DNA of 64,000 nucleotides from a bacterium (GTDB lineage Bacteria; UBA10199; 2-02-FULL-50-16; JAJFLM01): NCBI GenBank assembly GCA_965216315.1, contig CBDCFN010000016.1, positions 1,536,001 to 1,600,000 of the forward strand, read 5' to 3'. Shown piece by piece: positions 56,746 to 64,000 of this stretch (position 1 is its first letter; each line of letters starts with the position of its first letter). The notes under the pieces were generated by a model. It saw only the letters and a program-made list of their open reading frames with translations, ran no database searches and was not told where the DNA came from. The position numbers and the translations under genes were made by a program.

Positions 56746-57420
56746 TTATTTGGCCCGAATCTCATCAAAAAAATCTATTTTTGTCACCGGCATGAAGATA
56801 CTCGTCGCTATATTGGCAAGATGGGCCAAGCTCCTTTTATAATATCGTGATAATACGGCATAGGCGACATGGTCTCCTCCTTGCTGAGCCAGCAAAAGGT
56901 CTTTGAGATTATCATCACAGAGCCTTTGCGCCTGATAAGATTGTTCAACCAATTCTTTGGCCTTGCCTGCATCTGAGTCACGGTAGGCTTCTATCACTCC
57001 TTTAAATAGGGAAGCAACACTGTCACTTATTTGTAACAATCGCCCATAAAACGGCTCTTCCTTCTCTATCTTGTTTTTGATCTCCACTACCTGATAAATA
57101 TTTTTCACGTAGTCGCCTACTCTTTCGGCATCCTTTGAAATACTCATTAATATCAGACATGAAGCGATGGGACCTTCACTACCCGATGCGACTAATTGAC
57201 TGACTATTTTGCGCCGAATCGTCTGCTCCAACATATTCAATTTGGCATCCCTCTTATAAAGAGTCTTCTTAAGATCTTCAACTTCCTTTCCTTCCAGAAT
57301 CACCCCTGTAATCGTGTTATACATATCCTGGCCAATATGAAGCATCTCCTGAAAGTCATTAGCGATTTCATCAATGAGGGTCTCTTCACCTTTCCAGACC
57401 TCAATCAGTTGTTTAAACAT
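56746..57420 (-). CDS. PhoU-domain protein accompanying the Na/Pi symporter
   Basis: DAKLNMLEQTIRR, KDAERVGDYVKNI, RYYKRSLAHLANI. Confidence 0.8.
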   Translation of the reverse strand: MFKQLIEVWKGEETLIDEIANDFQEMLHIGQDMYNTITGVILEGKEVEDLKKTLYKRDAKLNMLEQTIRRKIVSQLVASGSEGPIASCLILMSISKDAERVGDYVKNIYQVVEIKNKIEKEEPFYGRLLQISDSVASLFKGVIEAYRDSDAGKAKELVEQSYQAQRLCDDNLKDLLLAQQGGDHVAYAVLSRYYKRSLAHLANIATSIFMPVTKIDFFDEIRAK

Positions 57421-57450
57421 GAGAAGACCTCCTAGATCTTAGTCTCTCCC

Positions 57451-58581
57451 CTAGAATGCCTTGGAAATCAGCATAACGCTAAAGGGAATAATGAAAAATA
57501 CCATTAATACAAAGATAACCGCAACCCGACGTTTCTCAAGCACACAGCCCCCCATCCAACGAGCCATCTTTAGGGGGATTTCCCTGATTGGCTTGAAAGG
57601 ATAAATGACGATGATTCCTGAAATATTAAAAAGGAGATGGACTAACGCAATCGTCAATCCTGCTTGAGTTCCCGTCAGGGCTGCCAACAAAGCCGTAACA
57701 GTTGTCCCGATATTGGCACCTAGAGTAATCGGAAAAGCCGTCTCCAGGGTGATAATCCCCCCGCCTAGCAGCGGGACAAGGAGTGATGTGGTGATCGAAC
57801 TGGATTGAACGGACACAGTTATCAGGATCCCAATCAACATCGTGATAATCGCACTTTTCGACAACGCTTTATCTAAGATATGGACGACACGCCCAATCAT
57901 AATCTTTTTAAGAAGTTTAACTAATCCGAAGAGACATAAGAATATCAACACGCAAGAGAGGATTATCAGCAGAACACCCTCAACCGTCCCAGAAAACGGG
58001 AGGCCTTCTATGACTAGCTTCTTGATATCCTTTGTCACATGACCGACGACGACCTTAATAGGACTCTTATATTTGAGCCCCCCTAGCCCATAGAACATCG
58101 CCGACAAGAAAGACGCTGATTTCTCTAAATAGCCTGTCATCAGCTCCAGGGGCAGAAAAATAGCAACCGCAATGAGATTGAAAAAGTCATGAATGGTGGC
58201 CCCACTAAAGGCGCGTCTAAATTCCTCGCGCTGAGAGACGTGCCCAAAAGAGACCAGTGAATTCGTCACTGTCGTACCAATATTCGCACCCATAATAATA
58301 GGAACCGCATTACCAACCGAGAGAATCCCGCCCGAAACAAGACCCACGACGAGTGACGTCGTGACGGAAGAGCTTTGCACCAGGACTGTCGCCAACACTC
58401 CGACAAACAGACCCGTGAAAGGATTCATATTGGCCGTGATCAGGGTATCTACAAAGTCTTTACCGAGTAGTTTAAAGGAAGATCCCAATAATTTAATCGC
58501 GACGAGGAAAACGAATAGGAGCGCGAGGACACCGACACCTCGAAGAACCGGCTTTAATATGGAATAACCTGCGTGCGGCAT
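57451..58581 (-). CDS. Na+/phosphate cotransporter (NptA/SLC34-like)
   Basis: Two QSSS repeats and two GANIGTT motifs; start uncertain. Confidence 0.92.
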   Translation of the reverse strand: MPHAGYSILKPVLRGVGVLALLFVFLVAIKLLGSSFKLLGKDFVDTLITANMNPFTGLFVGVLATVLVQSSSVTTSLVVGLVSGGILSVGNAVPIIMGANIGTTVTNSLVSFGHVSQREEFRRAFSGATIHDFFNLIAVAIFLPLELMTGYLEKSASFLSAMFYGLGGLKYKSPIKVVVGHVTKDIKKLVIEGLPFSGTVEGVLLIILSCVLIFLCLFGLVKLLKKIMIGRVVHILDKALSKSAIITMLIGILITVSVQSSSITTSLLVPLLGGGIITLETAFPITLGANIGTTVTALLAALTGTQAGLTIALVHLLFNISGIIVIYPFKPIREIPLKMARWMGGCVLEKRRVAVIFVLMVFFIIPFSVMLISKAF

Positions 58582-58683
58582 GAGATGGGCGGCGAGTAGC
58601 ATGTGTGCCATTGAGGTGACAAGTAGAAAATGGTAAATATTTCCTTTACTTATAACCATCCGTCCTTAATAGTTACACATTCC

Positions 58684-60066
58684 GTGCTGCAAGATATCGA
58701 CGCCCCACGCATTCTCAAAAAAGCCCTCAAAAACGGGGGCGATTATGCGGAAATCTACTTCGAAAATACCCACACCACCCAGATTATTGCCGAACAAGGT
58801 CGCATCGAGAAAGCCGTCGGCGGGCTCGATCAGGGAATAGGCATCCGGGTCCTCTATGGGGGCAAAACGGCCTATGCCTATACCACTGATCTCCGGCAAA
58901 AAGGCCTCGAGGAGCTTGCTGAGACGGTCGCTACAGCCGTCAAAGGGGATTCATTCAACAAAGATATTATACTCGCGGCCCAAGAAGCCCGTATCACCCA
59001 GTTGATCACAGATCCGCCTTCCAATCATGGCATCCCTGACAAGGTGGCGTTCGTCCGGCAGGCCGACAAGGTCGCGTGGGCTCAAGATAAACAGATTCAG
59101 CAAGTTAAGGTTGTCTATGGCGATATGGATAAAAAGGTAGAAATCGCTAATTCCTTAGGCGAGCTCATTTCAGATGATAGAACGTATGCCCTCTTCTTTG
59201 TGCAAGCGGTCGCTGTCGCCGGCGATGTCATGCAGACCGGCTACCACCCGGAAGGAGGGTTGGTCGGCCTGGAAATTCTGGAGCAACACCCCCCGGAAGA
59301 AATCGCTAAAAAGGCCGTTGAGCAGGCCCTGCTCATGTTAAAAGCGCGGCCGGCGCCGGGAGGAAGAATGCCCGTTGTGATTTCTTCCGAGGCGGGAGGC
59401 ACGATGATCCATGAAGCCGTCGGTCATGGACTCGAAGCCGACCTCGCCTGCGAAGGCATGTCGGTCTATCACGACCAAATAGGCCAACAAGTCGCCGCTG
59501 ACATTGTAACCGTTATTGACGATGCCACGATTCCACAAAAACGAGGTTCCTTTTCCTTCGATGACGAAGGAGTCCCAGCAGAGCGAACGATTCTTATCGA
59601 GAATGGCATCCTCAAAACCTACATGTTTGATCGTCGTTATGCCCTGCAGTCAGGAACAGCCTCGACAGGCAATGGCCGCCGCGAATCGTTTCGATGCCGC
59701 CCCATTTGTCGCATGACGAATACCATGATCGCCCCGGGTAAAGATGACCCCGAAGAAACGGTTCGCAGCACCGAAAAAGGCCTCTTTGTCCGCAAAATGG
59801 GCGGCGGCCAGGTCGATACCGTCAATGGCAACTTCGTCTTCGAAATCAATGAGGCCTACCTCATCGATAAAGGAAAATTAGGAGACCCGGTCCGTGGTGC
59901 CGTCCTGACGGGAACCGGCCCTCACGTCATCCAGAGTGTCGACCGCGTCTGTAATGATCTGGGCTTTTCGCTGGGAACGTGCGGCAAAGAAAGCCAAGGC
60001 GTTCCCGTCGGCGATGCCCAGCCAACGATTCGCATTCCGGAATTAACTGTCGGTGGCACTTCTTAA
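58684..60066 (+). CDS. tldD: TldD metalloprotease
   Basis: GDYAEIYFE, IHEAVGHGLEAD, FDDEG, GNGRRES, RMTNT, GTCGK; probable GTG start 58684. Confidence 0.93.
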   Translation: MLQDIDAPRILKKALKNGGDYAEIYFENTHTTQIIAEQGRIEKAVGGLDQGIGIRVLYGGKTAYAYTTDLRQKGLEELAETVATAVKGDSFNKDIILAAQEARITQLITDPPSNHGIPDKVAFVRQADKVAWAQDKQIQQVKVVYGDMDKKVEIANSLGELISDDRTYALFFVQAVAVAGDVMQTGYHPEGGLVGLEILEQHPPEEIAKKAVEQALLMLKARPAPGGRMPVVISSEAGGTMIHEAVGHGLEADLACEGMSVYHDQIGQQVAADIVTVIDDATIPQKRGSFSFDDEGVPAERTILIENGILKTYMFDRRYALQSGTASTGNGRRESFRCRPICRMTNTMIAPGKDDPEETVRSTEKGLFVRKMGGGQVDTVNGNFVFEINEAYLIDKGKLGDPVRGAVLTGTGPHVIQSVDRVCNDLGFSLGTCGKESQGVPVGDAQPTIRIPELTVGGTS

Positions 60067-60705
60067 TTCAACCCACGAGATATTACGTCCCGCTTTTTTA
60101 CCATCGCGACGATAAGAATGGAATAACTCCTCCCGTTCATAGGTACAGAGTTCAATCAGATCAATGTTTTCAGCGAGGAGCCCCGCCTCCAATAGCGCCG
60201 ATTTATTGGCCGCAATGAGATCCAGTAGAAACTTGCCATTGCCTTTACTCGCCTTGAAGAGTTGATCGAAATGTTTACCCACATCTTCACCGACCTCGTA
60301 ATGGCGCATGGAAATACAAGGACCAATCGCCACCCGCATTAACTTTGGATCAGCGCCCTTTTCCTCCTGCATCTTCGTGACGACCTTGGCGGCAATGCCA
60401 GCAACCGTTCCTCGCCAACCGGCATGGACCGCCGCAATGTAGCCAATATCCGCTGCACTCATCAGGATGGGAACACAATCCGCTGTACGAATGGCAATAG
60501 GCTGGTTCTTTATATTCGTCATCACCGCGTCCGCCTCTATTGTCTCGGTCGCCGGCAAAACCTCGTAAGTCGTCAGATCGATGATCTGATCGGAATGGAC
60601 CTGTTTGCATCGCCATGGTGCCGGATCGGTTGGTAGAATTGAATCCTTCGTACCAAAACCGTGTTGGATATTGGAAATCTGATTTAATAATTGAGAATAA
60701 ATCAT
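60043..60705 (-). CDS. pgeF: Peptidoglycan editing factor / polyphenol oxidase family PgeF (YfiH)
   Basis: QVHS, RTADCVPIL, HAGWRG, IGPCI, SYRR. Confidence 0.92.
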   Translation of the reverse strand: MIYSQLLNQISNIQHGFGTKDSILPTDPAPWRCKQVHSDQIIDLTTYEVLPATETIEADAVMTNIKNQPIAIRTADCVPILMSAADIGYIAAVHAGWRGTVAGIAAKVVTKMQEEKGADPKLMRVAIGPCISMRHYEVGEDVGKHFDQLFKASKGNGKFLLDLIAANKSALLEAGLLAENIDLIELCTYEREELFHSYRRDGKKAGRNISWVELRSATDS

Positions 60706-60706
60706 G

Positions 60707-61672
60707 TTAAATTGATTTCAATAATTTCAACAGGTCCACCAAGTCAGCCGGTAACGGTGCCTCAAAGTGCATTTTTTCACCCGACTGCGGCTGATTAAAC
60801 TCCAATAATGCTGCATGCAACGCGGGACGCTCCAATTGTTTCAGCGCACTGCGCACGAACTCCGGCAAGGATTTACGCGTATCACGATTACCCCCGTAGG
60901 TCTTATCCCCCACAATGGGATGGCCCGCTTCAGACAAGTGCACGCGGATTTGATGAGTCCGTCCTGTTTGCAATATCACTCGTACACTCGAAAATAAGCC
61001 TCCGAAGGAATTTTCAACACTATACTCCGTAAGTGCGCGCTTGCCCGAACTCACGCTGGCTATTTTTTGTCGCTGCCGGGGATGACGGCCTAAATGCGAT
61101 TCAAAGGTACCACTCAATGGGGATAAAATCCCATGCACGAGCGCCCAATATTCTTTATAGACTTCTCTCGCTTTAAACTGATTCACTAAATTAAGTCTTG
61201 CACTCTCGGTCTTAGCAGCAACAAGAACCCCTGAGGTTCCTTTATCAAGTCGGTGAACAATCCCGGGACGGTCCGATCCCCCTACGCTGGCAATGGCAGG
61301 AAAATGGTAAAGCAAGGCATTGACTAAAGTTCCACTCGCATGCCCCGCCGCCGGATGAACCACCAGACCCGACGGCTTATTAATAACGATAACGTCATCA
61401 TCTTCGTAGAGAACATCAAGTGGTAACGCTTCCGCGACAAGCTCACTGCTTTTAGCTGCGGGGAGCTGGATTACGACCCTATCCCCCGCCTCTACGTTGT
61501 AACTCGGCCCGACGACCTCACCATTAACCTGAACGCCATCGGCCACAATGATCTTTTGAATCGCACTCCGAGATAAATCTTCAAGATTGGCCGCAAGATA
61601 GCGATCGAGCCGTTGTTTGCTTTCGCTCGCTTCAATTTCGAATTGGAGTAGACGCGTAGACTCGCTTCTCAT
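60707..61672 (-). CDS. rluD: RluA-family pseudouridine synthase with S4 domain
   Basis: RLDRYLA, NKPSGLVVHP, HRLDKGTSG, TGRTHQIRVH. Confidence 0.93.
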   Translation of the reverse strand: MRSESTRLLQFEIEASESKQRLDRYLAANLEDLSRSAIQKIIVADGVQVNGEVVGPSYNVEAGDRVVIQLPAAKSSELVAEALPLDVLYEDDDVIVINKPSGLVVHPAAGHASGTLVNALLYHFPAIASVGGSDRPGIVHRLDKGTSGVLVAAKTESARLNLVNQFKAREVYKEYWALVHGILSPLSGTFESHLGRHPRQRQKIASVSSGKRALTEYSVENSFGGLFSSVRVILQTGRTHQIRVHLSEAGHPIVGDKTYGGNRDTRKSLPEFVRSALKQLERPALHAALLEFNQPQSGEKMHFEAPLPADLVDLLKLLKSI

Positions 61673-62268
61673 TCCTGATCTAATTCAATATTCCAATAGG
61701 CAAAGTCAACGTGATTGAGAAACGGCAGCCACTCGCGATAGTGACCGTTTTTACGGGTATAGATACTCAGCGGCGTCCACCGTGGACGTTGCGGTAGGCG
61801 TATCAATTTCATACCGACTTCTTTGAGTAAATGCATTCCTTTGCGCCGATTGCATGAGAAGCAACTTGTAACAATATTATCCCAACAGGTGAGACCGCCA
61901 CGTGAGCGTGGAACTACGTGATCAAGATTGAGCTCCTTGCGGGGCAACTGCTTACCACAATATTGACACATATTGTGGTCTCTCAGGTAGATATTATGGC
62001 GTGAAAACCGAACCTGTCGTTTAGGGATACGGTCATAGGCCTGTAATAAAACGACACGGGGCACTCGAATGGCGCGATCAACCAGTCCAATCGACTCATG
62101 GTGTTCCTGAACCGACAAATCCGCCCAACTCTGATAATCAAAGGTCGCATACTGCTCATCAACGGCCCGCGCAATATCTTGATAGAGCATGGCAAATGCC
62201 CGTCGCACCGTAGTGATATCAACAGCAAGATAACTGTGATTGAGTACGAGTACGTTCGTATTGAGCAT
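61669..62268 (-). CDS. HNH endonuclease
   Basis: CQYCG, LNLDHVVPRSRGG, CFSCNRRKG. Confidence 0.92.
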   Translation of the reverse strand: MLNTNVLVLNHSYLAVDITTVRRAFAMLYQDIARAVDEQYATFDYQSWADLSVQEHHESIGLVDRAIRVPRVVLLQAYDRIPKRQVRFSRHNIYLRDHNMCQYCGKQLPRKELNLDHVVPRSRGGLTCWDNIVTSCFSCNRRKGMHLLKEVGMKLIRLPQRPRWTPLSIYTRKNGHYREWLPFLNHVDFAYWNIELDQE

Positions 62269-62349
62269 AAGAAGACTCCGTCTTCTTAAAAGTGCCTCAT
62301 TTAACCGCTAACAGCAAGGGCAAATCTAATTCGTAACGCGCAACGTCAT

Positions 62350-63276
62350 TCAGGTTTCCAACTGGAGAGAACCAATAAGCGCGTTTATATCCGAAATGTC
62401 TTCTTTAAGGAGATATTGCTCCAATTCAGCAACAAGTCGATAACATACCTGAGGATCAACAAAATTCGCTGTTCCGATTTGTACAGCCCGCGCGCCGACA
62501 ATCAAAAAGCGTAGTACATCGTTAAGGTCCATGATGCCACCGATGCCAATAACGGGAATCTTCACGGCCTTCACGGCCTCCCAGACCATGCGTAAGGCAA
62601 TCGGACGAATCGCCGGCCCCGACAATCCCCCCGTGATACGGGACAGGACGGGACGCTTGCTCACGACATCAACTTCCATGCCGGGTATCGTATTGATAAC
62701 TGACAGACTGTCGGCTCCTGCCGCTTCCATCGCCTTTGCCATTTCAGGAATCGATGGGGCGCTCGGTGATAACTTGACCATTACCGGGATTGTCGCCACT
62801 TGCTTGACGGCTTTAACCAGATCTGACGAGAGCTGTGGATCGACACCAAATTCCATCCCCCCCTTTTTGACATTGGGGCAAGAGACATTGAGTTCGAGGG
62901 CACTAATCCCATCGGCCTTTTCAAGCCTCTCCGCAAGCAATACGTAGTCATCAAAAGTTTCACCGAACACATTGGCGATAACCGTTGCCCCCGCCTTCCG
63001 CATAAACGGCAGTTTCTCTTCAATGAAACGGTCGATACCGACATTCTGAAGGCCGATACTGTTGAGCATACCGGCCGGTGTCTCTGCCAAACGCGGCATC
63101 GGATTCCCTTCACGCGGTTTGAGGCTAAGGCCCTTGGTACACACCGCACCTAATGAAGAGATATCGTAGAGTTCCTGAAATTCCTCTCCGTAGCCATAGG
63201 TTCCCGAGGCCGAAATGATCGGGTTCTTGATGATCACATTGCCAATGTCGACTTGAAGATTCGGTTTATTCGTCAT
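62350..63276 (-). CDS. pyrD: Dihydroorotate dehydrogenase family 1B catalytic subunit
   Basis: ASGT, NSIGLQNVG, LNVSCPNV, VKLSP, GGLSGPAI. Confidence 0.96.
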   Translation of the reverse strand: MTNKPNLQVDIGNVIIKNPIISASGTYGYGEEFQELYDISSLGAVCTKGLSLKPREGNPMPRLAETPAGMLNSIGLQNVGIDRFIEEKLPFMRKAGATVIANVFGETFDDYVLLAERLEKADGISALELNVSCPNVKKGGMEFGVDPQLSSDLVKAVKQVATIPVMVKLSPSAPSIPEMAKAMEAAGADSLSVINTIPGMEVDVVSKRPVLSRITGGLSGPAIRPIALRMVWEAVKAVKIPVIGIGGIMDLNDVLRFLIVGARAVQIGTANFVDPQVCYRLVAELEQYLLKEDISDINALIGSLQLET

Positions 63277-64000
63277 CTATGCCCTTCCCACTCAACGTCC
63301 TTCGCATCCATCACCGGTCCCTCAATGCAACTGCGAACATAATTGCCCTGTTTCGTTTTGACGACGCAACCCAGGCAGACACCAATTCCGCAGCCCATAT
63401 ACTCTTCCATCGAGACCGCACAGTCATACCCCAAACGCTGTGCCAGTTGCGCCGCTGCCTGCAGGAGTCCATGCGGCCCACAAACAAAAAATAGCGTCTT
63501 GTCTCCACTCGTCAATTGTTGTTCCAACAACTCGGTCACGTAGCCCTTATAACCAGACGATCCATCCTCGGTGCTAATATGCAAAGGGATTGCCGCCGCG
63601 GCAAAATCAGCTTGCAACAAGATATCCGCTTGAGAACGGGTCCCGTAATAAACTTCATATGCGATTTTTGCAGTTTTCAAATGCTGTCCCAACCCTAGCA
63701 TCGGTGCAATCCCATAACCTCCGGCAATACCGATCACGCGCGAATAGCCACTCCAGTCGAGGCCTTTTCCCAACGGAGCCTGAATGTTCAGTTCATGTCC
63801 ACTGCGGGCAAGGGACATCGCCCGCGTCACCGGCCCCACAGCTTTGTAGACAATATGAAAGTGATTTTGACTTTCCAAGCAGAGGCTAAAAGGACGCCGC
63901 ACTAAAATTTCACTATTGCCAGGAATCTGGACCATACAAAACTGTCCGGGCGTAAAAGACTCAAAAGGTTTTTCCAGTACCATCCGAAAGTAGCCGGCAC
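63273..64000 (-). CDS. pyrK: Dihydroorotate dehydrogenase electron transfer subunit (5' end beyond window)
   Basis: RRPFS, GGYGIAP, CGP, MGCGIGVCLGC...CIEGPV; frame open to the window edge. Confidence 0.93.
   Translation of the reverse strand, partial: AGYFRMVLEKPFESFTPGQFCMVQIPGNSEILVRRPFSLCLESQNHFHIVYKAVGPVTRAMSLARSGHELNIQAPLGKGLDWSGYSRVIGIAGGYGIAPMLGLGQHLKTAKIAYEVYYGTRSQADILLQADFAAAAIPLHISTEDGSSGYKGYVTELLEQQLTSGDKTLFFVCGPHGLLQAAAQLAQRLGYDCAVSMEEYMGCGIGVCLGCVVKTKQGNYVRSCIEGPVMDAKDVEWEGHR

Noticed and set aside
61669..62268. HNH nuclease as a Cas9/IscB or defence component
   Set aside because: Small stand-alone HNH protein in a housekeeping operon with rluD and pgeF; no RuvC domain, array or methylase
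1..64000. CRISPR array, rRNA, integrase, transposase or prophage
   Set aside because: No regularly spaced direct repeats or matching protein motifs seen; no tRNA 3'-end duplication suggesting an att site

Overview
64 kb of bacterial chromosome. Gene content and repeat style suggest a deltaproteobacterial-grade organism (Myxococcota, Bdellovibrionota or a related lineage); this is inference only. Recognisable housekeeping content: ptsP, a futalosine-type menaquinone operon (amidohydrolase, ubiE/menG, ubiX, ubiA-like), tRNA-Cys and tRNA-Leu, an acyl-CoA dehydratase activase pair, typA, tag, a spore-photoproduct-lyase-like radical SAM protein, an RND pump, crcB, a full Pho/Pst super-cluster, tldD, pgeF, rluD, an HNH nuclease and pyrD/pyrK. 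The main unexplained signal is a bipartite motif, RCAAC-NTT-N11-NNCGA, resembling a sigma28 promoter. I found it 7 times, always intergenic and pointing into a gene. Most of those genes encode orphan proteins that share an uncharged Ser/Thr-rich N-terminal leader ending in an 'LLASS'-like motif, including a HAD phosphatase and three divergent PlsC-type acyltransferases. This is a candidate co-regulated, co-targeted lipid-remodelling or effector system. Other notable items: palindromic DNA elements in-frame inside two enzymes, two unannotated small ORFs under a triple Pho box, a sigma54 promoter with tandem activator sites, a GGDEF remnant, a RES/Xre toxin-antitoxin pair and an acyltransferase plus ThiF-nitroreductase pair. 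No CRISPR array, rRNA, integrase or transposase was seen. All calls are by eye; no database searches were run.
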